DNA from: Fidelibacterota bacterium
GTDB taxonomy: Bacteria > Fidelibacterota > Marinisomatia > Marinisomatales > TCS56
Reading direction: 5' to 3'
NCBI GenBank assembly: GCA_043822705.1
Contig: JBDRBK010000030.1
Span: 1 to 36,592, forward strand
Length of the DNA stretch: 36,592 nucleotides
The notes beneath the pieces are model-generated. The model saw only the letters and a list, made by a program, of their open reading frames with translations, searched no databases and had not been told where the DNA came from. Position 1 is the first letter of the stretch. Each line of letters begins with the position of its first letter. This document shows, one piece after another, positions 28,699 through 36,592 of the stretch. The position numbers and the translations under genes were made by a program.

Positions 28699-29835
28699 AT
28701 GAATAATCCGTTACGTATAATTAACACTGCGCTGCTACTTACGTTCCTGACCTGCTCCTGTCCGTCGAGCAAAATTCTGATTGAGGTCATCGCTCCTCCG
28801 GGGACCGAATACATGACGATCGTCGGAAACCGGCCCCAGACAGGTAATTGGAACCCAGCCGGCATCGAATTGGAAAAAGTAGGTCCATCTACATTCCAAC
28901 TCCAGTTGATTGCCCGTATTGGCGATACACTGGAGTACAAATTCACCCGCGGCAGTTGGGCTACGGAAGCTTTAGATCCAGCCGGCCAGATACCGAATAA
29001 TTACCGGCTGGTCGTAACCGGCGATACGACCATATTTCACAGTATACCGGACTGGCGGGACTATAGCTATAAACCAGGTGCCGGCATCACCGGCACGGCC
29101 CGTTATCACAGCATTGATTCATCCCAGTTAAGTGGTACCCGTCAGCTGCTCGTCTGGCTGCCGCCGTCCTACTTTGCTGATGAAACGGCGGCCTACCCGG
29201 TGCTTTACATGACTGACGGCGAAAATACCATCGATTTTTGCACCGCTTTCCGGGGCCGTGAATGGCAGGTGGATGAAGTGGCGACGGCGCTAATTGATTC
29301 CGGTCTGATCCGTGAATTCATCCTGGTTGCTGTCTATAGCAGCGCCGATCGCCGGTCCGAATATTCGCCAGTCCAGCGGGGCCGGTTATTCAGTTCTTTT
29401 CTGGTCAACACGGTTAAACCAATGATTGATTCTACTTACCGCACCCAGCCCGGACCGGAAAACACCGCCGTGATGGGTTCATCCATGGGCGGAATTATTT
29501 CTTTCCACCTGGCCTGGGAATATCCACAGGTATTCGGAATGGCGGGGTGTTTGTCGCCGGCTTTTCTGGTGGACGAAGAAGAAATCGTGCACCGGGTGGC
29601 TGAATATAGCGGACCGGTCAAACCGATCAAACTGTACATCGACAACGGCACCGTTGGACTGGAGGCCAGTCTGCAACCCGCCATCGACCGCATGTTGCCC
29701 CTTCTGACCGCCGGGGGATTCCGGGAGGGTGAAAATCTGATCTATATCATCGCTAATGGCGCCGAGCACAATGAACCGGCCTGGGCGCAGAGAATCCATC
29801 TACCACTGAAATTCTTCTTCGGGACTGGGAATTGA
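28699..29835 (+). CDS. CBM20-like domain fused to an alpha/beta-hydrolase (putative esterase); probable exported protein or lipoprotein
   Basis: IVGN...GNWNP...LEYKFTRGSWATE (CBM20-like); VWLPPSY..YPVLYMTDGEN, GSSMGG nucleophile elbow, YIDNG, AEHNEPAW. Confidence 0.85.
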   Translation: MNNPLRIINTALLLTFLTCSCPSSKILIEVIAPPGTEYMTIVGNRPQTGNWNPAGIELEKVGPSTFQLQLIARIGDTLEYKFTRGSWATEALDPAGQIPNNYRLVVTGDTTIFHSIPDWRDYSYKPGAGITGTARYHSIDSSQLSGTRQLLVWLPPSYFADETAAYPVLYMTDGENTIDFCTAFRGREWQVDEVATALIDSGLIREFILVAVYSSADRRSEYSPVQRGRLFSSFLVNTVKPMIDSTYRTQPGPENTAVMGSSMGGIISFHLAWEYPQVFGMAGCLSPAFLVDEEEIVHRVAEYSGPVKPIKLYIDNGTVGLEASLQPAIDRMLPLLTAGGFREGENLIYIIANGAEHNEPAWAQRIHLPLKFFFGTGN

Positions 29836-29901
29836 ATGGTTCCCACCAGCTGATTATTTGAGTAATTTTCGGGGCTTTTATCGGGCCGGGAATTAAAAAT
29901 T

Positions 29902-29974
29902 GACTCCGTAGCTCAGTCGGTAGAGCAGTGGCCTTTTAAGCCATTGGTCGTGCGTTCGAGTCGCACCGGAGTCA
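29902..29974 (+). tRNA. tRNA-Lys (anticodon TTT); CCA not encoded
   Basis: Cloverleaf: acceptor GACTCCG/CGGAGTC, D-arm GCTC/GAGC, anticodon arm GTGGC-CTTTTAA-GCCAT, T-arm GTGCG-TTCGAGT-CGCAC. Confidence 0.97.
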
Positions 29975-29983
29975 CTCGACGAC

Positions 29984-30018
29984 AAACCCCTTTTCTCGAC
30001 GAGAAACAGGGGTTTTTT
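29984..30018 (+). terminator. Intrinsic terminator downstream of the tRNA
   Basis: aaacccct-tttctc gac gagaaa-c-aggggttt hairpin followed by a T-run. Confidence 0.75.
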
Positions 30019-30030
30019 ATTATTTATCTC

Positions 30031-30093
30031 ATTAGTACAGATTGGTATTGATTAGTACCAAAATAGAGTACATTTAGAGTACCATTAGAGTAT
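30031..30093. repeat. Short direct repeats (ATTAGTAC x2, TAGAGTA x3), putative integrase arm-type sites
   Basis: attagtacag attggtattg attagtacca aaa tagagtaca tt tagagtacca t tagagtat, between the tRNA and the integrase 3' end. Confidence 0.55.
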
Positions 30094-31248
30094 GGATTTC
30101 AAATGATTTTGAAGTGCTTGATCAAATTGTCTCGAATATTCTGCCTGTAGAGATTGTATCAATCCAACATAGTGCGATTCAGTAACGTTAACGGAACTAT
30201 GTCCCAAAAACCTACTAGTGGCAAAAATGTCGCGTGTGGCGATGTAATAATATGCACCAGCAGTTTTTCGAAGTGTGTGTAATGAAACATCCTCTAGGCT
30301 TGCTTTCTTGAATATGTGTTTTACTCTTTTATAAGCCATATCGTAGGTCATGTGGCAGTTAACAAGATCATCTATACTTGTGACTTTTTGATCAATTAGA
30401 TGGAAAAATGGTCCACCTATTATATCGGTTCTTGACTCAAGTACTTTTCTTATGCTGTCAGTTAATGGAATTTTTCTTGAATCAGACATCTTGGTTTTTG
30501 GGAAATATATACTATCCTTTCCAATACAAGACCATTCAAAATGCGGGTATAACACTTCACTTGCCCGTGCACCAGTAAACAGATAAAATAATGCTAAATC
30601 GCGTCCATCTTTTTCAAATGGATCTTGAAGATTAATAGACTCAATAACACCTGAAATTGTCTCCAATTCATCTTCATTAAGATAGCGCACATCGCGTCTT
30701 CCAGTCTTAACATTTAATACGTTGTGCATAGGATTTCGATTGAGAATCCCTTTGGACAAAGCATAATTAAAAATGGTTCTTATGTTTCGTAGGTTTGTAT
30801 TTATTCCATCTGGGGCAAAGCCTTTAGATTGACGATAAATTTTAAATTCTTCAATATCTTTCCATCCAATATCCGCCACACTTTTTGATTCTAAAGCTGG
30901 CTGGTACTCTATTAATGCTTCAATTGAAAATTTATATCGTATAAATGAACTTGGTTCAATACTACCAGAATCAACTTTTAACTGGTATTCTTTCTGGAAT
31001 TCTTCCCATAAATCTCCCAGTGTGATTATGATGGTTTTCTTTTCAGGGGCCTCTAATCCATTTTTAATCCTATCAACTTTTGCTAATAATGATCGTCTTA
31101 ACTTGACCGCATCAGGGAGGCTTCCATTAAATACTTTTGTACGATGTGATCCATTCCAATCATAGTACTGTATTCGATATGTGCCTGGCCTCTTTCCAGG
31201 AGTTATACCAGGTAAATTTTTCGGTTTTCTTGCCACTCGGATATCCAT
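30085..31248 (-). CDS. Tyrosine recombinase/integrase
   Basis: N-terminal arm-binding-like region, core-binding domain, catalytic residues TGARASE (R), KTK, LHTLRKT (HxxR), LGHSS (H), ESHY (Y). Confidence 0.95.
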   Translation of the reverse strand: MDIRVARKPKNLPGITPGKRPGTYRIQYYDWNGSHRTKVFNGSLPDAVKLRRSLLAKVDRIKNGLEAPEKKTIIITLGDLWEEFQKEYQLKVDSGSIEPSSFIRYKFSIEALIEYQPALESKSVADIGWKDIEEFKIYRQSKGFAPDGINTNLRNIRTIFNYALSKGILNRNPMHNVLNVKTGRRDVRYLNEDELETISGVIESINLQDPFEKDGRDLALFYLFTGARASEVLYPHFEWSCIGKDSIYFPKTKMSDSRKIPLTDSIRKVLESRTDIIGGPFFHLIDQKVTSIDDLVNCHMTYDMAYKRVKHIFKKASLEDVSLHTLRKTAGAYYYIATRDIFATSRFLGHSSVNVTESHYVGLIQSLQAEYSRQFDQALQNHLKSIL

Positions 31249-31322
31249 AACATATCCTATTAAAGTTTTCCACCACTACAGTGAACCAGGCAATATTTTG
31301 GATAGGATACGGAACATAAGCT

Positions 31323-31553
31323 CTATGACATGTATGAATTGACACTGCCTATGAAGGCACCAATTTTCTCAATTTCTGAAACAGGTATTCTTATCAACCG
31401 GCCAATCTTCCGGTAACTGATTTCTCGTTTAAGAATCATCTTCCTAATCTTTTCAACAGAACAATCAAGTATCTTTGCCACCGATTCAGGGCTATAGTAT
31501 CGCTCTACTCTTGAGCCACAATAGGGGCAGTATTTGCGATGATTTGAGCTCAT
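31323..31553 (-). CDS. Excisionase-like HTH protein with N-terminal CPYCG motif
   Basis: YYSPESVAKILDCSVEKIRKMI...ISYRKIGRLIRIP is typical of HTH_17/Xis proteins; directly upstream of the integrase. Confidence 0.85.
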   Translation of the reverse strand: MSSNHRKYCPYCGSRVERYYSPESVAKILDCSVEKIRKMILKREISYRKIGRLIRIPVSEIEKIGAFIGSVNSYMS

Positions 31554-32088
31554 TTGATTATTTAAAATCCTGATAGTTTACCTGATTGTTTGTGTGATTG
31601 CCTTATCCTATCAATCTCATTTTCTGTACCTGCTGATAATTCTTAGCATAGAGCAGCAAAACTCAGCCATTTCTCCCTTCTTCCTCCCATTCCTTTTATT
31701 TATCTTTTTTCTCCTCATCTTTTTCCCTTTCCCCTTTTAACCGTCCAACTCACTATTACCGCGCGAAGCAAAGGTATTCAGTGATTTATTATTGCGGAGC
31801 GCGGTTTACGCAGTGCAGCCCCTTTTATTCAGTGCTACTACATTCAGTGCAGCCTTATCATCTATTGTATTTTCATTATTTCTATTTCTATTCATATCAA
31901 TAACTCTAATCCATATCGTATTCCCTATCGTATTTCGTCTCGTATTCTGTATCCCAGATACTCTCAAGTGCCAGGTGTCGACTGGTCTTGCCACATTGAT
32001 TGTCAGATTATCATTTGGCATCTTTCTATTCTGGTTATTTTGCAGAGTCATAACTCAATTCTATTCCAGATATTTCTTTTTATTCGGT

Positions 32089-32931
32089 TCATTCAAGAAT
32101 GGACCTCTTTTTGTCATCAGCTACATCAGTTTTGCGCCATATGTATTCAAATATGGCCTTGGGCATGATTGCTGATTGTTCGGCAAAGTAGATGAATTCT
32201 TTGATTCCCTGCTTTGTCAGCACTTTTCTGATTTTTTGGATTCGTGACTCATTGTTCATTATGACAAGAACTCTAAATCCTTTGAAATCGTATTTGAAGT
32301 ATTCGCAGTATTTCTCAAATCTTTTTTCATGCAACCACTCCCTATAAACCAGCATTTTCTCTGACAAAGAATACTGGTCTTTTTGTGTCGTGGTTATTTT
32401 TTCCGACCCCAAGTCTACTTCTACAAAAAACAGAGCCTGCTTTTGACGACTTGGGTTCTCCAGACACATCACCCCATCTGGTATGATGTGTCCTTTACCA
32501 TTCGCATCTCCCCTGTATCCCATATCGCTATCTGAGCCATTTATTGCAGGGCTGATGCTCATTTTTTGGTATTCCGGTATAAACTCCACCAGCCTGATTA
32601 TCCCGGAATCCTGGCAGCCTTTTTCAAAGGCTATTCGAATATCATTTAGTCTTACAGTGTGCACCAGCTTGCTAAAAGACAATCTGGGCAGCTTTCCAAA
32701 ATGATAAACATATTCCCCTTTCCCACTTGCCCTTATCAGTACTGGAAATGGAAATCTTTTCACCAGACCGCTATTATGCACCTTCAGCATTCGTGTCTGA
32801 GTTTTCTGAAGACTTGGATACAAAAGCCTCTGTATTTGCGAAGTTGTCAAATACCGATAATTCCGGACAAGTTCTGGCACTTTCAAATCACGGGCAGTTA
32901 GGTTTACTTTTCTCAAATCAGGTAAGGACAT
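32089..32931 (-). CDS. Replication-relaxation (Replic_Relax, MOBC-like) family protein
   Basis: LTARDLKV...YRYLTTSQIQRL wHTH, HTVRLNDI, IPDG...FFVEVDLGSE...K..Y PD-(D/E)xK-like pattern; strong RBS GAGGAGG before ATG 32931. Confidence 0.8.
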   Translation of the reverse strand: MSLPDLRKVNLTARDLKVPELVRNYRYLTTSQIQRLLYPSLQKTQTRMLKVHNSGLVKRFPFPVLIRASGKGEYVYHFGKLPRLSFSKLVHTVRLNDIRIAFEKGCQDSGIIRLVEFIPEYQKMSISPAINGSDSDMGYRGDANGKGHIIPDGVMCLENPSRQKQALFFVEVDLGSEKITTTQKDQYSLSEKMLVYREWLHEKRFEKYCEYFKYDFKGFRVLVIMNNESRIQKIRKVLTKQGIKEFIYFAEQSAIMPKAIFEYIWRKTDVADDKKRSILE

Positions 32932-34405
32932 CGAACTCCTCCTCAAAATCAATTTCAGACTGCGAACTCTCATTACTCACACCCCAATCATTTTGTCTAA
33001 TTCCTGTACCAGCCAAATTCCCATCCAGGCCTTTCCCTTCTTCAATCCCAGATTCTTTGTACAGCCTGTGCTTCATGGCTTGTTGATGATTGTAAAAATC
33101 ATCACCCCACACTCTACCAGGTTTTTCAAATTCATGAAATATCACAGGGCATGGCTCTATAAATACACCTCCACCTGTCCGAATTATTCCTTCCCCTAAT
33201 TCAAGATAATGAATTGTATCTGCCTGGTCCTGATTAAGTCCCATAGCTCCTTTCATGATTTTAACTTCCTCACCACTGCCCAGATGAAAAACCACTTTCA
33301 ACCATGAGTTATTCAATATGCTTTTAATTAAAACAGATGGCTCTTGTGACAATGCACATATTCCGATATTCGACGACCTGGCTTCATCTACCAGCATTGA
33401 TATCACAGATGAGCTGATTTTCTTGATGTTCTTTTCTTTTTCACTGTTAAACAAACGATGCTGGCATTCATCATAAATATGCAGACTAAAGCCTGAATCA
33501 CTTGGATTAAACAGCCTGTAATTGAATTCCCACATTAACAAATATTCAAGCAGCCATGATTCTATTTCAGGCATTAGTCCGGTCGTCTGCAAGATATAAT
33601 TGCGGTTTCTTAGAACAGTCAACATATCGCCATCAGATGAAACAACTTCCCCACATACATGCGCTAATAATTCCAATCGTGAAGCAACTGTACTCATGAC
33701 AACCAAATCTTTGTAATAAAACTGATGATGATACTCTCTGACAGCTTTTAGAAGACTGAAAACATTAGGGCATTTACCTTTTTCATTCTCAGCATAGATT
33801 AATTTTAAAAATAATGATATTGCTCCTTCCCAGAAATTGAAGCTTTGGCTCATATGGCCGATAACTGTTTGCTGCCATTCATTTTTCGGAACATTTGGTG
33901 GCGGTTTGAAGGGATTAAATCGCAGATCATTCCATCTTAGAACCAAAAACTCAGGATATTTTACAGCAATGTCATTATACTCTGATTTAGGGTCGCTAAT
34001 CCTTACAGTTTCAACACCATTAAACAGAGCTTGCTCAACAAGAATCTTGGCAAAGTTGGTTTTCCCACTTCCAGATGTACCAGCAGCTAAAATATGCAAT
34101 GGCAGTTTTGAAATTAAATGCCTGAACTCTACACTGGATTTGCCTTTGACATTTCCCAACAACAATTCACCTTGAACATCACCTTGACTAGGTAATTCAA
34201 ATACATCCTCAATAAAGTCACTTCCTTTTAAATTGTTGTACAGATACGCATACAGGTTTAATGCTGTTTGCAAGTCCCATTGAATCGATAGCTGATACAA
34301 TATTTTTTGGACAAACAGCTCTTTATTCTGACCTGTTGTGTCTGCCAGTTCTTTCAGCTGGATTATTGCCTGAAGTGTTTTTCCTTTTAGCAAGCTTTCC
34401 TCCAT
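32918..34405 (-). CDS. HerA/VirB4/VirD4-like P-loop ATPase (DUF87-type)
   Basis: HILAAGTSGSGKT (Walker A), ISDPKSEY, LRFNPF, LHIYDECQ (Walker B), EARSSNIGICALSQEPS, LELGEGII. Confidence 0.85.
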   Translation of the reverse strand: MEESLLKGKTLQAIIQLKELADTTGQNKELFVQKILYQLSIQWDLQTALNLYAYLYNNLKGSDFIEDVFELPSQGDVQGELLLGNVKGKSSVEFRHLISKLPLHILAAGTSGSGKTNFAKILVEQALFNGVETVRISDPKSEYNDIAVKYPEFLVLRWNDLRFNPFKPPPNVPKNEWQQTVIGHMSQSFNFWEGAISLFLKLIYAENEKGKCPNVFSLLKAVREYHHQFYYKDLVVMSTVASRLELLAHVCGEVVSSDGDMLTVLRNRNYILQTTGLMPEIESWLLEYLLMWEFNYRLFNPSDSGFSLHIYDECQHRLFNSEKEKNIKKISSSVISMLVDEARSSNIGICALSQEPSVLIKSILNNSWLKVVFHLGSGEEVKIMKGAMGLNQDQADTIHYLELGEGIIRTGGGVFIEPCPVIFHEFEKPGRVWGDDFYNHQQAMKHRLYKESGIEEGKGLDGNLAGTGIRQNDWGVSNESSQSEIDFEEEFDVLT

Positions 34406-34842
34406 CAGCCAAATAGAAATACTTGAATTGCTTTGAGCTTTCTCCGAAATTCATGTTCAGGACATAGAACAATGCCTCCTTGAGTGATGATAACACAATC
34501 TTCACAGACCTTTGCTCCGCACCATTCACATATATAGAGCTGGCATCTAGTACATACCAAGTGGCCATAAATACACTGGCCTAAAACCTGTTCAAGAGAA
34601 TTAACCATATGCCCGCAGTCAATGATTTTGCCAATTCGCTCTTTAACCAGATAAGGAATTCCATTGTCATCATTGATAATTCCAGTCCTGCACATCTTGA
34701 TATTATGCGGCCTTTGTATCCTGTCAACCAGAATGTCACGTTCAATTTCATTACCCATAGCAGGGCCAAAGAAATCCTGGTTAGCTGCATTTTTGAAAAT
34801 CATTTCAGCAAAATCACGATCATCTTGTTCAAAGGAATTCAT
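34405..34842 (-). CDS. Hypothetical protein with Cys/His-rich zinc-finger-like C-terminus
   Basis: CGH...CIYGHLVCTRC...CEWCGAKVCEDC...LCPEH; TGATG coupling to the ATPase; AAAGGA RBS. Confidence 0.75.
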   Translation of the reverse strand: MNSFEQDDRDFAEMIFKNAANQDFFGPAMGNEIERDILVDRIQRPHNIKMCRTGIINDDNGIPYLVKERIGKIIDCGHMVNSLEQVLGQCIYGHLVCTRCQLYICEWCGAKVCEDCVIITQGGIVLCPEHEFRRKLKAIQVFLFG

Positions 34843-34855
34843 GATTATTATCCTT

Positions 34856-35086
34856 TCATCTATCTTTCAACTGAAGCAAATCCGGAAAATTTCTAGAAAG
34901 TCTTAGATTATCTTCATACCCACGTCGACTAACACCTGGCAGCACCAGTCTTGATGAGAGATTTATTAGTAGACCAGACACTTCACCCGCAGATCCTTCA
35001 AATTCAGCTTCTTTTTCATATCTTCGGTAATAACCTGTGTGCCTATTTCCAACTTCAATACTTTCATGAAAACGAACTTTTACCAT
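34856..35086 (-). CDS. Small hypothetical protein (76 aa)
   Basis: AAGGAG RBS before the ATG; co-oriented within the operon. Confidence 0.65.
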   Translation of the reverse strand: MVKVRFHESIEVGNRHTGYYRRYEKEAEFEGSAGEVSGLLINLSSRLVLPGVSRRGYEDNLRLSRNFPDLLQLKDR

Positions 35087-35131
35087 GGCTGACTCCTTTT
35101 GTTATGATGATATTGCCTCCAAAGATTTGGT

Positions 35132-35428
35132 TTAGTCATCCTCGATATCAATTTTCATCCACATTTTCACATAATCACCAGTCACCGGATTTTCCTTATA
35201 AGAAGAAAATGAATGAGTTGTTCTCTGCCCAAGTGACTGATTCATTCGGTTGTAATTGTCCATCATTCTTTTTACATACTCATCGAACTTCTTCTTTTGA
35301 AAATCTGTTAATGAAATGATGGTATTGTCGGGATTATCTTTTTCTTTCTTGGGATTCTCCTTGCTACTAGCAGCAATCGCTCCACCAGTACCTGCAGCAA
35401 AGAGGAAGAATAGTAACATCTCGATCAT
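35132..35428 (-). CDS. Small hypothetical protein with N-terminal hydrophobic anchor (98 aa)
   Basis: AAGGAG RBS; MIEMLLFFLFAAGTGGAIAAS hydrophobic N-terminus. Confidence 0.7.
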   Translation of the reverse strand: MIEMLLFFLFAAGTGGAIAASSKENPKKEKDNPDNTIISLTDFQKKKFDEYVKRMMDNYNRMNQSLGQRTTHSFSSYKENPVTGDYVKMWMKIDIEDD

Positions 35429-35498
35429 GATTGACTCCTTTCATTATTCCTTTGTGTAATATTAATAAAATGAAGTACATTGAGCTCAAGGGAAGACT

Positions 35499-35528
35499 TG
35501 TGCAAAGCTGTGTAAAGTTGTGCAATCA
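35499..35528. promoter_or_regulatory. Three 10-bp-period direct repeats TGTGYAA in the divergent control region
   Basis: TGTGCAAAGC TGTGTAAAGT TGTGCAATCA; a further TGTGTAA at 35453. Confidence 0.5.
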
Positions 35529-35549
35529 ATTTTAATAAATGGTGTATTT

Positions 35550-36592
35550 GTGAAAACTATCGTTGATGTGCCACCAAATTTTGGGACATGGTTAAGAAAA
35601 TTCCGATATTTTGAAAAAAACATGACCCAAAATGAACTTATATTGAAATCAGGTCTAACTAGACGAACAATAATAAATATTGAATCAGGCCAAACAAAAG
35701 GCCACACCGAAGACACAATCAAAGGACTCGCGAATGCTTTAGGAATGTCCATTGTTGAATTTGTGGCTGGAATAGAAAAACTAAAGACTAATCGAGATCC
35801 AAAAGTTGGCAAAATAACAGATTTTAATTTCCTTCTAGAATCATTTACAGAAATAGACGACAATATAAGGCATTTAATACGATCAATAAATGAAACAGAA
35901 TTAATTTCTAATCTAGATATTCTCCAAAATGCATATAGGGATATTCTACTGGCCCAGATTACCCAAAGATTTCCATCATTTATGAATCCTTTATCTGAGT
36001 TCTCAATCTTCTTATTAAAAGAAAATACTGTCCAATTTATTCTCGACTCTATGCCAAAAGAAAATTTGATAATTCAAGTTGAAGATGATTTCAAACAAAT
36101 TAATTATTTATTAGAGAAAGAAAAGTTAGTTATCGATAATCCAGAATTATTCTGGGATTGTTCATGTATACCACAAGATAAATTTTCAAAAAACCATTGT
36201 AGGATTCATAGCAAGGATATAGGATTTAAAATAGCAAAAAGCTTTAACCAAAATGTGAAAATCAAATATAGAGATTATGAATTTTTATGGCAGAATCTAG
36301 ATGCGTTATGGCCTCCATCCATTGACTCTTTTTATATGATAGAGAATATCATTAATAACACCGACTTTATCTCAAATCCCAATCATAGCATTAAGAGTAT
36401 CCTCGATATAGGAACTGGAACAGGTTTTCTTGGAATTATTTTAGCCAGTCAAATAAATGATGTTGAAGATTTGATTGTTACAGATTGGACAACATCATCA
36501 TATTTATACTCATCATTGAATTGGTTTATCAATTCTAAAATCCACCCTAAGAATAAAAATATCTCTTTCAGATTTCAGGTAGCCACAAACAC
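35550..36592 (+). CDS. XRE-family HTH fused to a class I SAM-dependent methyltransferase (3'-truncated by the window edge; not in ORF track)
   Basis: Manual translation from GTG 35550 (GTG 35520 also in frame) is open to the end: FGTWLRKFR..MTQNELILKSGLTRRTIINIESGQTK..TIKGLANALGMSIVEF, then LWPPSIDSFYM...SILDIGTGTGFLGIILA...LIVTDW. Confidence 0.85.
   Translation, partial: MKTIVDVPPNFGTWLRKFRYFEKNMTQNELILKSGLTRRTIINIESGQTKGHTEDTIKGLANALGMSIVEFVAGIEKLKTNRDPKVGKITDFNFLLESFTEIDDNIRHLIRSINETELISNLDILQNAYRDILLAQITQRFPSFMNPLSEFSIFLLKENTVQFILDSMPKENLIIQVEDDFKQINYLLEKEKLVIDNPELFWDCSCIPQDKFSKNHCRIHSKDIGFKIAKSFNQNVKIKYRDYEFLWQNLDALWPPSIDSFYMIENIINNTDFISNPNHSIKSILDIGTGTGFLGIILASQINDVEDLIVTDWTTSSYLYSSLNWFINSKIHPKNKNISFRFQVATN

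Larger units (their letters stand above)
29975..36592. mobile_element. Integrative (probably mobilizable) element inserted at tRNA-Lys; right end lies outside the window
   Basis: Abrupt shift to AT-rich sequence after the tRNA; integrase, excisionase, relaxase-like gene, ATPase and XRE regulator. Confidence 0.85.

Noticed and set aside
31617..32175. Short ORFs in the xis-relaxase gap (127 aa +, 81 aa -, 66 aa +, and a 33-aa basic peptide at 31617-31718 -)
   Set aside because: Low-complexity and mutually overlapping with no recognisable domains; the 81-aa ORF cannot be fully excluded
35486..35863. 125-aa minus-strand ORF
   Set aside because: Antisense to the XRE-methyltransferase reading frame
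30085..36592. Prophage call
   Set aside because: No capsid, terminase, tail or lysis genes are visible in the window

Overview
The window has two parts. (1) About 1-29.9 kb is a moderately GC-rich chromosomal alpha-glucan (starch/glycogen) locus. The FlgD-Ig/T9SS-type C-terminal sorting domains, PorV-like gene and CarboxypepD-headed TonB receptor suggest an FCB-group bacterium of the Marinisomatota/KSB1/Calditrichota type (inference). It holds a GH13 debranching lipoprotein; a leftward operon (TrmB regulator, small ORF, GH57, glgP, glgA, glgC, Na+/solute symporter, secreted GH13); a rightward operon (GH13, TonB-dependent receptor, 1317-aa Asp-rich secreted protein, PorV-like barrel); a multi-CBM secreted protein; and a CBM20-esterase. 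A palindrome GTAACTC-N6-GAGTTA(C) recurs in three promoter regions and is a candidate TrmB operator. A degenerate 21-bp palindromic tandem array lies between two convergent GH13 genes. (2) From about 30.0 kb, just after tRNA-Lys(TTT), an AT-rich integrative element carries a tyrosine integrase, excisionase, Replic_Relax-type protein, HerA/VirD4-like ATPase, small hypotheticals and a divergent XRE-HTH/SAM-methyltransferase fusion that runs off the window edge and is missing from the ORF track. All family calls are by motif recognition; no database searches were run.
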